This document shows positions 22,490 through 36,268 of a stretch of DNA of 64,000 nt, in pieces; position 1 is the stretch's first letter, and each line of letters begins with the position of its first letter. Position numbers and translations under genes: made by a program. This DNA is from Anaeramoeba ignava BMAN (Eukaryota; Protista; Anaeramoebae), in contig JAPDFW010000113.1 of NCBI GenBank assembly GCA_028826165.1, positions 1 to 64,000 on the forward strand, written 5' to 3'. The notes below the pieces were generated by a model, which saw only the letters and a list, made by a program, of their open reading frames with translations, did not search any database and was not told the origin of the DNA.

Positions 22490-24840
22490 TTAATTTTCAT
22501 TATTAAATTGCTTAATTAATAAATCAAATAAATTTGGATTTGATTCATTTAATTGAAAATAATCAATTCCTTGTTCAATTTCATTAATTAATTCTTTTGT
22601 AATTTTAATTCCTTCTTTAATTTGATTTGAATAAATCCAATATTCAAATATTTCAAAAGCTTCATCACTTAATTCACTATAATCATTAACTTGATTAGAT
22701 TTATCTTCAGTTACAGATAAAAACATTCCTCGATATAATTCACTTCTCATTATTAATATTAATTTAGGGAATTTAATTAATTTTTCGTTTCTTTTAATAA
22801 TAAAATCTTTCGTTTCTTCTGAATAATAAATTCTTTTCATTGTTTCAGTTATATTTTCATACATATCAAATTCTCTCTGAATTTCTGTTTTTAATGATGA
22901 AAAAAAATTGGTTTTTGATGAATAAATAATTTCAAAAATTTCATTTGCTTCTTTCATTGTTTTTTTAGAAATGATTTTCTGAAGTTTTTCCATTTGATTT
23001 TGTTCAGTTCCTATTCGGAAATTGAGAATTAATTTATGCGCTTGAATCACTTCTCCATTTATTGTTTTAAATGAAATATCACAAAATTCTTTTCTTCTAA
23101 ATAATTTGATTAAATCATCTTCAAGATTTGAAAAGAAAGAATAATAAAGAAATGAATTAGAAAATCCACAATAAACATGATAATTGGAAATATCATCATT
23201 GAAAGATAGTTTAGGAAGTTCAATTTGAATTGGAGTTGATTGAATCAATGAATTTTCAATTCCTAATTCGCCAGAAAAATTGTTTCCAAAACCAATAAGT
23301 TTTTCATTTAGAGTTAAAATCAAAGTGTGTTTATCGCCAACAGAAAAATCAAGAATATTATCATTTTCAAATAAAGATGATTTAATTTCAGTAAATTTTT
23401 TGGTATTTTGTCGGTCTTTTTTTCCAATTCCATTGTAATTATAATCTCCACATGAATAAAGTTTTCTTTTTCCATCTTCATCTTCAATCAACATTATTGA
23501 ATGCATATAACCGCATTGAATATCAATTATTTTACCTTTTGGAATATTTCCGATTTGGGTTAATTTTTGGATTTGAGATTTTGTTTTCAATTCTCCTAAA
23601 CCAAGTTGATCACATGAATTGTTTCCACAAGCAAATAATTCTTGATTTGAATTCAAAACAAAAACAGAAAGAGAACAATTTCCTGAAAAGATTTTCGAAA
23701 CACTTCTCATCATCAAAACTGGAGTATCTGCTTTATTTGGGGAATCAAAACCAAGTTGACCAAAATGATTTGAACCAATTCCATAAACATTTCTTTTTGA
23801 AGTTAATAAATAAATTGAACCGTATCCACAAACAATATCTTCAATTATTCTATCATTTGTATTTTCAATTAACTCACAAATATTAATAAATTCATTTGGA
23901 TTATTTGAGTTAATATCTTTTCCTTTGGCAAATATATTTCCTTCAAAAGTTAAAACAGCTTCAATTCTTTGACTACAAATACAAACTTTTTTGATGTTTG
24001 GAATTTTGATTTTTTGAGGATTTTGATTTGAATTTTCTTTTAAATTTTGTTTTGAGTTTTCTTTTAAATATTGAATTGCTTTTCCATTTTTAAAAAGGAA
24101 AATTGTTGAAAAAAAGCTTGATGAAATTTGTTTAATTTGATTTTGATTTTCAAATTTAATTTGAATTGGTTTTTTAATTGAAATTGGATAAATTTGAAGG
24201 AGAGAAGAAGGAAAAGTATTTGAACCAAAAAACCAAATATCATTATTCGATTTAAATTGATTTTTTTTAATTGAAATTAAATTTAAATTTGAATTTGAAT
24301 TTGATTTTGATTTTAAATTTGATTTTGAATTTGATTTTAAATTTGATTTTGAATTTAATTTTGAATTTGAATTTGAATTTGAATTTGAATTTGATTTTGA
24401 ATTTGATTTTGAATTTGAATTTGAATTTGAATTTGAATTTGATTTTGAATTTGAATTTGATTTTGAATTTTGAATTTGATTTTGATTTTGAATTTGATTT
24501 TGAATTTGATTTTGAATTTGAATTTGAATTTGATTTTGAATTTGAATTTAAATTTGATTTTGAATTTGAATTTAAATTTGAATTTGAATTTGAATTTGAA
24601 TTTAATTTTGAATTTGATTTTGATTTTGATTTTGATTTTGAATTTGAATTTGAATTTAAATTTGATTTTGATTTTGAATTTGAATTTGATTTTGAATTTG
24701 AATTTGAATTTGAATTTGATTTTGAATTTGAATTTGATTTTGAATTTGAATTTGAATTTGATTTTGAATTTAATTTTGAATTTGAATTTGAATTTGATTT
24801 TGATTTTGATTTTGAATTTGAATTTAAATTTTGAATTCAT
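22490..24840 (-). CDS. RCC1-repeat + BTB protein (paralogue of 19462-21216), probably with an N-terminal Asn/Ser/Lys repeat
   Basis: ORF 22490-23716 is closely similar to its neighbour. Homology continues upstream (DIWFFGSN..KKPIQIKFEN..QIKQIS) across an apparent indel near 23720. The likely ATG at 24840 follows TTTTTCA motifs; the start is uncertain. Confidence 0.75.
24270..24835. repeat. Hexamer repeat (TTTGAA/TTTGAT)n, probably coding (NS/KS)n on the minus strand
   Basis: Directly visible. It lies between the candidate ATG and the RCC1 domain with no obvious GT-AG boundaries. Confidence 0.8.
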
Positions 24841-24942
24841 TTTTTTAAACAAAATGAAAAAATGAAAAAATGAAAAAATGAATTTTTAATTTTTTAATTT
24901 TGTTTTGAAAAGAAAATTTTTAAATTTGGAATTTAGAATTTT

Positions 24943-27900
24943 TCAATCAATTTTTGATTTTGATTGTTCAACTCTTCGAAGACACCAAAACATTTTAGTT
25001 GGAAAAATTTCTTGATTACGAATTAAAATAGAAGATTCTGACCAACGAAAATCAGACCATTTTAATCCATCTTCAACAATATTAATTTGATCATTTTTCA
25101 TTGGAACAATTTTTTCACTTAATAATCTTGAAATATCATAAATTTCTGGTTCAAGAACAATTGCAAATCGAAATAATCCTTCTTGATTTAAAGAAATTTC
25201 ATATCTTTCTAATGGTGATTCTAAATATAATACTTCTCTTTGAAATCTATAACTTGTCCAACTATCTGGTTGAAATCCTGAATCTCTAATTGCTTCTAAT
25301 GAATAAGATCGACTAAATTTTGTTTGAATATTTTATTAATATTTATTTTATTAATATTTATTTTATAAATATTTATTTTATTAATATTTATTTTATTAAT
25401 ATTTATTTTATTAATATTTATTAATATTTATTTTGGAAATATTTATTTTATTAATATTTATTAATATTTATTTTATTAATATTTATTTTATTATTATTTA
25501 TTTTGGAAATATTTATTTTATTAATATTTATTTTATTAATATTTATTTTATTATTATTTATTTTATTAATATTTATTTTGGAAATATTTATTTTGGAAAT
25601 ATTCATTTTGGAAATATTTATTTTTGGAAATATTTATTTTGGAAATATTTATTTTTTTATTAATATTTATTTTATTAATATTTATTTTTATTATTATTTA
25701 TTAATATTTATTTTGGAAATATTTATTTTATTAATATTTATTTTTATAAATATTTATTTTATTAATATTTATTTTATTAATATTTATTAATATTTATTTT
25801 GGAAATATTTATTTTTTATTAATATTTATTTTATTAATATTTATTTTATTAATATTTATTAATATTTATTTTATATTTATTAATATTTATTATTATTTAT
25901 TTTGGAAATATTTATTTTGGAAATATTTATTTTGGAAATATTTATTTTGGAAATATTTATTTTGGAAATATTTATTTTATTAATATTTATTTTATTAATA
26001 TTTATTTTTATTATTATTTATTTTTATTTATTAATATTTATTTTTATTTATTAATATTTTATTTATTTATTTTTTATATTTATTAATATTTATTAATATT
26101 TATTTTGGAAATATTTATTTTATTTATATTTATTTTATTAATATTTATTTTGGAAATATTTATTTTATTTATATTTATTTTAATATTTATTTTGGAAATA
26201 TTTATTTTATTAATATTTATTTTGGAAATATTTATTTTATTAATAATTATTTTATTAATATTTATTTTGGAAATATTTATTTTGGAAATATTTATTTTGT
26301 AAATATTTATTTTGGAAATATTTATTTTATATTTATTTTGGAAATATTTATTTTGTTAATATTTATTAATATTTATTTTATTATTATTTATTTTATTAAT
26401 ATTTATTTTATTAATATTTATTTTATTAATATTTATTTTATTAATATTTATTTTATTAATATTTATTTTATTAATATTTATTTTATTATTATTTATTTTA
26501 TTATTATTTTATTAATATATTTTAATATTTTTACCAAGGATCATTTGATAAACTAAATATAATGCTTTCTTGTGAAAAAATATCATCAAATTCTTCATCA
26601 TTTTCAAGTTCAGTTTCATTAAATAATTGAGTAATTGGTTTTTTTTTAATTCTAAAATCTTTTTGATCAATTCTTGCTTTTTTAACATTTTCTATTTGAA
26701 GAACATCTTCATAAAATTGTATTTGAATTTCTTCAATTGAAAATAAAGTTTTTGGAACTTCAAGAGTAGTTTCACATTTTTCAACAACAACAGCAATTCC
26801 ATTTTGAGCACGAAGTGTTTCTCTTGAACATATTCCATTTCTTCTTTTTGATAAGAAAGGAGAATTTTGATTTTTATTTTTAAAATTTAAAGTAACTAAT
26901 AAATTTTGTTTTGAATCTAAAATATTTTTTGGAACGAAACTATTTGAATGCAGAATCACTAATTTTAATTTTAATTTTGATTTTGATTTTAATTTTGATT
27001 TTAATTTTAATTTTAATTTTAATTTTAATTTTAATTTTAATTTTAATTTTAATTATAATTTTAATATTAATTTTAAGAATTTTAATTTTAATTTTAATTT
27101 TAATTTTAATTTTAATTTTAATTTTAATTTTATTTTTAATTTTAATATTAATTTTAATTTTAATTTTAATTTTAATTTTAATTTTAATTTTATATTTAAT
27201 TTTAATTTCTAATTTTAATTTTAATTTTATAAATGAATTTTAATTTTAATTTTAATTTTAATTTTAATTTTAATTTTAATTTTAATTTTAATTTTAATTT
27301 TAATTTTAATTTTAATTTTAAATAATTTTAATTTTAATATTAATTTTAATTTTAATTTTAATTTTAATTTTAATTTTAATTTTGATTTTATAAATGAATT
27401 TTAATTTTAATTTTAATTTTTAATTTTAATTTTAATTTTAATTTTAATTTTAATTTTAATTTTAATTTTAATTTTAATTTTAATTTTAATTTTAATTTTA
27501 AATTTTAATTTTAATTTTAATTTTAATTTTAATTTTTAATTTTTAATTTTAATTTTAATTTTAATTTTGATTTTAATTTTAATTTTAATTTTAATTTTAA
27601 TTTTAATTTTTAAATTTTAATTTTATAAAATGAATTTTAATTTTAATTTTATTTTATTTTGATTTTAATTTTAATTATAATTTTAATTTTAATTTTAATT
27701 TTAATTTTAATTTTATAAATGAATTTTAATTTTAATTTTAATTTTAATTTTATAAATTTTTAATTTTAATTTTAATTTTAAATTTTAATTTTAATTTTAA
27801 TTTTAATTTTTAATTTTAATTTTAATTTTAATTTTTAATTTTAATTTTAATATATTTAATTTTAATTTTTAATTTTCATATTTAATTTTATAAATGAATT

Positions 27901-28466
27901 TTAATTTTAATTTTAATTTTAATTTTAATTTTAATTTTAATTTTAATTTTAATTTTAATTTTAATTTTAATTTTAATTTTAATTTTAATTTTAATTTTAA
28001 TTTTAATTTTAATTTTAATTTTAATTTTAATTTTAATTTTAATTTTTTAATTTTAATTTTAATATTAATTTTAATTTTAATTTTAATATTAATTTTAATT
28101 TTAATTTTAATTTTATAAATGAATTTTAATTTTATAAATGAATTTTCATATTAAATTTTTACAGCAAACAATATCAGAATTTGGAGAATATTCTTGATCT
28201 CCCCAAATTATTCTTTTTAAAACTTTTGAATTATGAAAAGAAACCCAATGACTTGGAATAAAATATTGAACAGATAAATTTAATAAAAAAGATTTTTTAA
28301 AACATTCAACAATTTCTTTAACTTCAACTCTTGGATACATAATAGGCCCAACATATGATTTTGCCTTTATATCTTGATTTGTATTCTCATTTATATTTTC
28401 ATTTGTATTTTCAGTATTATTGTTATTGTTATTATTATTGATATTTTCTGAAATTTCCATTTCCAT
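24943..28466 (-). CDS. RXT3/HDC1-like histone deacetylase complex subunit, three exons
   Basis: IIWGDQEYSPNSDIVC..ILHS, LLVTL, SKRRNGICSR, FSLSNDPW|LVYSL..D.G....WTS.R..REVLYLES...RYE and LKWSDFRWSES follow the Rxt3 and plant HDC1 C-terminal pattern. Introns 28162-26959 and 26534-25313. Confidence 0.75.
25325..26525. repeat. ~16-bp minisatellite (AATATTTATTTTATT / AAATATTTATTTTGG) in RXT3-like intron 2
   Basis: Directly visible. Confidence 0.9.
26961..28150. repeat. (TTTTAA)n microsatellite in RXT3-like intron 1
   Basis: Directly visible. Confidence 0.9.
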
Positions 28467-28593
28467 TTTTTTATATTTTTTTTATTATTTTTTTAAATAA
28501 AGAAAAAGAAAAAAAATGAAAAAATATTTTTTTTTGAAATTTTTATTTTTCATTTTTTTTTTCTTTCCAAATTTTTTAAATATAAAATTTAAA

Positions 28594-31190
28594 ATGGGTT
28601 TGTTTTTTAAAATTGTAAATTTTTAAATAAATTAATTTTTAAATTTATTTTTTGTATTTTAGATTCTTCTGAAATTTTTAATAAACTTTTCCAATTACAA
28701 GAAATTGAAAAAAATATTGATAAAGAAATCAAAATATCAATCAATAATAATAAAAAACAAAACAACATAAAAATACAAGAAGTTCAAAATTTCGAATTCA
28801 AAATCAATCAAATACAAAAAACATCAGAAACAATAATTGAAACATTATCAAACACATGTTCTGTTGCAGAAAACATCTTCAGCCAAATACGCATGATTGA
28901 TTTGGCGCAAGATCGTTTGCAACAAGTAAGGAAAAAAACGCAGGATATTGTGGACTTAAAAAGCTGCACAATTGGAATGGAGGATTCAATTCAAGCAAAT
29001 AATTATGAAAGTGCAGCAAAATATTATCAGCGATTCCTCGAAATCGATCAGTCAATTGTCGAGGAATCTGTTCGTAATTCTTTTGTCAAAAACGGAGAAA
29101 ATCTCCGTGTTAAAATAATTGGGAATTTGGAAGAAATTATTGAAAAATCAAATGATTTGCCTTCAAATCAAGTTGAGAAGAAAATCAAGATGGTGATTGA
29201 AGGCGTCAAGTTTTTCCCACAAATTGGGTTGTATAAGGAAGGAATATCCCGGTTATCCAATTACATCCGGGCTTGTATTGGAGTGTTTTCAAATTCGCAA
29301 TATATCAAGATATTAAAGACTTTCCAAAAATATGTGGAAAATAATAGCAATAAGGATTTGCCAACTTTATATAATCCAAAAAATCAATCGAATCAAGACG
29401 ATCAAGAAAATATTCAAGAAACAATAAAAAACCAAAATAGTCAAAATATTCAGGATATTTTCAACACAAACCACATATCCTCAACTATCGAGCTTTTTGA
29501 ATATTCCGCTTCAATAATCGCAAGATTCACACAAAATATCGACTCTTTATTTGGTGCTGGTGCCTCTTTGGAGACTATTCGGCACATCCAAGCTCAAACG
29601 CATATTCAGGCAATTAAAATTGTTGATAATTATCTTCAATTTAGAAAATTGCAATCCACTATTGATTTTATGAAGGAGCATAAATTCTCAAAACCCGCAA
29701 ATGAATTGAATATTTTGCTCAATGAAATTTCCGTTATTCTCAAACACTCCGAAATGTTCGAATCGTTTCTGAAAAAACATGCCAAACAAAAATACAAACT
29801 CGCAGCAGAAAACCAAGATGTTTGGAAATGGTTGGATTCTTTAATCAAAAAAGATGTGAATTTCCAACAACCTTTTTTTTCACATTTGAATGAAAATGAA
29901 AATGAAAATGAAAATGATGAAAATAAAAATGAAAATAAAAATAATAATAATTTAATTGATGGACTTCCTCAAAACAACGAAATGGAAAATTTAACACAAA
30001 AATTAATTGATTATTACATTAGATTGGAGGAATCTTTCATGGTTGATAGTCTCCAGAAGGCTTTTGATGCAGAGGAAGTTTGCACAAATGGATTAATGAC
30101 AACTCTTGTTGATGATGTGTTTTTTGTCATCAAGAAATGCATCACAAGAGCAATCACAACAACAAATCCATTTTGTGCATGTGCAATATTGAATCATTCA
30201 AATACTTATTTAAATATTGTTGTTAATTTCATTGTTGAAAGAAAACAAATTGAAACCTCAAAATCGCGCAATGATTTTATTCGTTTTCTTGATGAAAACA
30301 CACGATTTTCAAATGTAAATCCACGCTCTTTTTCTTCTTTTGATCACATTTCATTTCCAGCAAACAGTCAAAATACAAGTGCAAAAATATCACGAAAAAA
30401 TCCTCAAATTTTTCCAACTGAAATTTCTTCAGGAAATTCCTCGCCTAATATTTCAGACTCCAACACAAAATCAATATCAAATTATCATCTACTTAATAAT
30501 TTGGATGGAATCATTAATTACACAAACAAACTTTATGAAGAAATTCTACCAATTTGCCAGAAACTATTTTCCGAAAATTTTTACAAAATGGTTTCTTCTT
30601 GCATGACAAGTTTGCATGAATCTGCACAAGATTTTCTAAAATTACTTCAACAAGGTTTAAAGCGTATTTTCGTCTCAACACAACAACGCCTCAAGTCAGC
30701 AATAGATGTTCTTTCAAGCTCAAATTACAATTTGACAGAATCAGAGTATTCACAACTTGAATCATCACAACCTATGGTTTCCAAAACAATACAAATACTC
30801 ACAGATTTGATCAATCCTTTACAGAAATCCTTGACAGAAAAGAACCTTGAAATCGTTCTTCAATTCATGATTGAATTTATTGCAACTTACTTGCAAAACT
30901 TAATTTTGAAAAAGCAATTTTCTCATTTAGGCGCTTTAGTTTTTGATAAAGAAATTCGTATCATTTCCTCATTTTTATCTGATAAACTAAAAAGACCAGT
31001 TCGTGACCAATTCGTTCGTCTTTTCCAAATTTCTTCAATTCTTAATTTGGATCATGTAAATGAAATTTCTAATTATTGGGATGACCAAAGTGGAAGAGTT
31101 GTTTGGAGACTTTCTCCAAATGAAATTAGACAATTTTTAAATCTCAGAATTGATTTTGATAAAAAAGAAATTTTAAAATTAAAATTATAA
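28594..31190 (+). CDS. COG4: Conserved oligomeric Golgi complex subunit 4
   Basis: ATGG then intron 28598-28662, in frame with ORF 28893. Motifs IDLAQDRL..DIVDLKSC..YESAA, LVDDVFFVIKKC..RA, and C-terminal LGALVFDKEIR..RDQFVRLFQ..WRLSPNEIRQFLNLRIDF. Confidence 0.92.
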
Positions 31191-31313
31191 TTGAAAAATT
31201 TTTAAACAAAAAAAAACGGAAAAAAATATTTTTTTTTTCTTCAATTTTTTTAAATTCATTTTTTCCTTTTTTCTTTTAAAATAAAAATAATAATAAAAAA
31301 TAATAAAATAATA

Positions 31314-34300
31314 ATGAATAATAAAGAATCTTATGTTATATTTTTTATTAACCAAATTTTACAAACAAATTTAACTTCAAAAATTTCAGATGAAGAATTA
31401 CTTCAAAAAGCTTGTCAATTAATTCAAATTTTATCACCAGGAAAAATACAAAAAATTTCTAAAAAGTAATTTTAATTTTAATTTTAATTTTAATTCTAAT
31501 TCTAATTCTAATTCTAATTTTAAATTTAAAAAGAAATTCAAATTTTAATTTTCAACAAATTTCTGCTTTTTGTATTAATCAAAATATTATCAAAAAAGAT
31601 GAAAATTTTCAATTTACAAGAAATGAAATTTTGGAAATTGTTTTTCGATTGGAAAAATTTTATAATGAAAATCATCCAATTTTAAGTAAAGTTAATCAAA
31701 AAGAATGTTGGACAAAAATATCAAAAAACATTCTTGATAATTTTGATAAAGTTTATTATGAAAAAAAGAAAAATCAAAATCAAAATCAAAATCAAAATCA
31801 AAATAATAATAATAATAATGAAGAAAATGTTGATATTCTAACTCAAAAACTTTTTGCAAGTGGATTTTCAAGTTTTAAAGTATTGGAAAAAACAAATGAG
31901 TCGCCAATTCAAGGAATACTGACGATTAATATTTATGATGTCCAAGTTTTATTTTCAAATCTGACGAAAATAACTTTCCAATTTAACAACAAATCACATT
32001 TTGAAATTATTGAAGATTCAAGTGATGCTGAATTTATATTGTTGAAAAAAAACAATGAAGTGGTTTCGAGACTAGAAACAGAAAGCGAATTTTACAAGAA
32101 TGTTATTGTGAAAACATTTCGCATGTTTCAATACTATTGTAAAAATTTCACTGACGGGGTTGAGATTAATGGAAGTATCATGGACTTCTCAAAGGAAATA
32201 AATGCATTAGCTTTTCGTTGTTTGGAAAGCCAACAAACAAATTTCCATATCCAATCAACAATACAGTTTTCTCAACCTTCGTCGGGATTTCTTTATTTAA
32301 CCAAGGAATATTTTGCAATCAATTTCAATTTAGGGCAAACTCTTCATTTTAATTGGAAAACTTCTCAAAACGAAATTTTAGTAAATGAAAAGCATAATAT
32401 GATTAAAATCACAACCACAAACACAATTGGAGAAAGAACAAAAACAATTATATTCTTTTTACTTTTCACAAATTCTGTAATGAGAGACCTTATTTTTCGA
32501 ACTCTGTCGCTAGTCAAGTATCAATTCTCCAAAAAAGAAGCCGCAAACGAGGAGCAAAAAGCAAAGGGAAATAACCATAATAACGATATAATTGAAGCAA
32601 TTCAAAATTCAAATGATTCAAATCAAAAAAATAATAAGAATATTAATATTATTAATAATAATAATGGACTTCTTCTGGATAAATATCATCTTAAAAGTGC
32701 GACACAAAATATCGCCAAACAATTCCTTTTGCAAACAAAAAAAATACAAAGATCATATTCATTGCTAAATCCACAAGAAATTTTGTCAAAAAATAAACCT
32801 TTAATTTCAAATTATTTAACATCTGTTATGAGTGACTATCTTGGATGTGTTAGCTTTGCTTCATTTAATTCTTTAAATGGCTCAACCTTTCTGATCCAAC
32901 AAAAATCATTTGTGCATTTTGAACAAACTGCTTATTTATGCAAACCATATATATTTCATCACAACAACGATAAACCACTTACTTTCATTGAAAATCAAGT
33001 TTCAAACTATTTGCAAAAAAGATTTGCTCAGTTTGCGATTACAGACTCGAAATTCTACAATATGAAGTGTCTTTTGGATATTTCGAGAGAAGGAATCAAG
33101 ATTAGTATTCTCAGTGCATCGACCAATATCAGAAAAGTTGCGATATATAATTTTACTGAGGATCTGAAATTGTTTCTTCATCCAGAAATCCCAAAAGTAT
33201 TCATGATCCAAATTAATTCCTCAGTCCGCAGATTATGCTCATCAAAAAGTAGATCGCAAACACAAATTATTGCTCTCACATTTTTTCATTTCAAGCGCAA
33301 ATTCTTTCGTTCCAAGATCCCGCTAAAACAGAAGAAATCTCATCTTAAAACCATTTTTAATTCCTATATCCTCTCAATCTCTGAAAAATCCCAAAAGCAA
33401 ATTCCTCCACCAATCAAGCAAATCACCAAAAATTACAATTTAAATTTGTCTCAAAACTCAAAAAGCTTTTTCAGAGTTTCACGCAAATTTGATAAGGATC
33501 AACTCTTCAAGAAAACATCGAATGAATTTGTATTTGGGTTGCTTGATTCATTGGATTTATTTTACACAACATTCCGCATTTTTCTTTTGAAGGATTATTT
33601 TGTAGTTCAATTATCTCCTCAAAATATGATTATCAGATATTATAATGTCTATTCCAATTTATTTTTTCCCAAAAAGAACAAGTTATTCTGTCGATTTGTT
33701 TTGGATGAATACTTGTTCCTGAATATGATTTTTCCCGACATGGAAATTCGTGAAAAATTCATCAATTTATTTCAGAAGAAAAGAATGGAGAGGATTCAAT
33801 TCCTTGCAAAACCAGAATTAGTACATCATTTTCGAATACGAGCACTTCATGAGATTTTTGATGGATTTATCATTTTGAAAATGGATCATTTTATCATTCA
33901 ATCTGAAAATCATATGATTCAACAAGAATACTCAATATTCAATATTGTTGAGGATTTTTCTCACCAAAAAACACCAAACAATCTCAAACTTTTTTTCACA
34001 AAATCAAGTTACATTATTTTGATTTTCAAAAATCCAAGGGAAAAACTGAAATTTACTCGAGATTTCAGAGAATATTCGCATCGAGCATTGGGAATTGCAT
34101 TTGATTCTCTTCAAGAAGCAATTTTCCGTGTTCATCTTACACAGAAAAAGACACGGTTCTCAACAGCAACTGTTAGTATTAATCAAAAGTCTATTTATAT
34201 TGTTGCTGATTATATCAAATGGATTATTCCTTTTTCTAAAATTCCTCCCAATTCAAAATGTATTGTTTCTCAAGAAAACCAAAATTATCTCCAAATTCCT

Positions 34301-35731
34301 TTTCAGACAGGACTTGAGATTCAAATGGAATTTTTGAATTTGGAGCAAAGAAATCAATTCAAATTATTATTCCATTCAAAAACAAAAAGAAAATCTCTGG
34401 ATATTGAGCAGAAAAAAATCCCATTTCGAAGAAAAATTCACAAATCAATTTCAGAATCAAGAGAGTTTCAAGTTAAAATCGATGAATCATCCAAAAAAGA
34501 ACTCAAAGTTTCCTTGCTTCGAGTTTATAATGATTTGATTTTTCTTCTTCTTTCCGAAGATCTAAGAATCACAGAAATCCAATCAACTGATATTTCTATC
34601 CAGGAAGGAAACCAAAAAATATGCTACATTTCTTTCCCTTCGACATCAGAAAATTTTATAATTGAATTTGTAAATGAATCAATTGCAAATGAATTTTATC
34701 AGTTTTTTTCCTTGCAAAAGAAAAAGCATTTACACAATAAAGAAATTTATTTGAAAAAGAAAGAGAGGAATAAACAAGATATTCCCAAACAAAAAGAACC
34801 ACCAAAATTGATCATAAGAAACAATGAAAATATCAATTTAGATCTGGAGGAAAATGAAGAAAATAATTCAAATCAAGAAAATCCTCAAATTATTCAAATG
34901 GATCAAAATTTATCAAATCAAGAAAAACCTCAAAATATTTCCATTTTTGATGATAATGAATATTTTTCACATGAATATTTAAATTTTGTTGGAAATCAAA
35001 ATCAAAATCAAAATCAAAATCAAAATCAAAATGAATATGAATATGAATATGAATATGAAGAAGATGAATATGAAGAAGATGAAAATGAAAATGATAATAA
35101 TTTTGAAATTGTAAAAGAAATACAAAAAAGCCCAATTTGGAAAGTTGAGATTATCAATTCAAATTTTACTAAAATATCTGATGCACAAATTAAAATTCGA
35201 TTCGGAAAATTTTTTCTTGCTTCAATTCCTCAAAAATTTGAAGATGATCTTAAAAAAATCAAAATTTCAATTCATCAAGAAAATAAGAAAGTTATTCGAG
35301 TATCAAATAATTTTTCATCAATAATTTTACTTTTTCCGAAATCAAATCAAGTTGAAAAATTTGTATCTTTTGTAAAACAACAAAGAGAATATGATTTTGA
35401 TGAAAAAATATTTTTGAATGTAAAAAAAGAAGTTTATAAAAATGTATCAATTTGCGATTCTACAATGAAAAATGTAACAACATCAGAAGTTGTTATTGAA
35501 AAAAACACAATTAAATTTCAAGTCCATGAATATTTTTTAGAAATTCCTTTAATTTATTCAAGATTTAATCTTTTTCTTCATAAATCTCTTCTTGAAGTTG
35601 TTAAAATTAGTTTTTCTGAAGCTTTATTTATATTTGTTTTTCCTTCTGCTAAAGAAAAAGATTCTTTTATTTCATGTGTTATTTCAGGGATTTTATTTTT
35701 AGAAATGCATCGATGGTTTAATAATATTTGA
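31314..35731 (+). CDS. Large unknown protein; possible N-terminal calponin-homology-like region and tandem PH-like modules
   Basis: 1366-aa ORF plus an in-frame upstream exon (intron 31466-31533). The domain calls are pattern-based only. Confidence 0.6.
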
Positions 35732-35769
35732 TTTTTCTTTTTAAAAGAAATTGATAAAAAATTTTTTAA

Positions 35770-36268
35770 ATTTTAAAATTGAATTTTAATTTAATTTAAA
35801 AATGAATTTTAATTTAATTTTAAAATGAATTTTAATTTTAATTTCAAAATGAATTTTAATTTTAATTTTAATTTAAAATTTTTTATCCGATTTTGATTTT
35901 AAATTGATTTTGATTTTAATTTTGAATTTAATTTTAATTTTAATTTGATTTTAATTTTAATTTTAATTTTAAAATGAATTTTAATTTTAAGTTCATAAAT
36001 GAATTTTAATTTTAATATTAATTTTTTATCCGATTTTGATTTTATTTAATTTTAATTTTAATTTTAAATTGAATTTTGATTTTAAATTGAATTTTGATTT
36101 TAAATTGAATTTGATTTTAAATTGATTTTGATTTTAATTTAATTTTAATTTTAATTTGATTTTAATTTTAATTTGAATTTAAAGTTCATAAATGAATTTT
36201 AATTTGATTTTAATTTGATATTAATTTTTTATCCGATTTTGATTTTAAATTGAATTTGATTTTAAAGT
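35770..36268. repeat. Low-complexity TTTTAA/TTTGA repeat between convergent genes, with recurring TTTTATCCGATTTT
   Basis: Motif at about 35881, 36024 and 36227. Confidence 0.75.

Noticed and set aside
24271-28118. Listed ORFs of poly-IL, NF, LN, FE and IFILL type (also near 44.8-45.1, 47.8-48.2, 57-58.4 and 61.6 kb)
   Set aside because: These are stop-free readings of microsatellites or antisense frames of real genes.
26961-28150. Telomeric repeats
   Set aside because: The TTTTAA tracts have no G, are internal, are bounded by splice sites and occur in both orientations.
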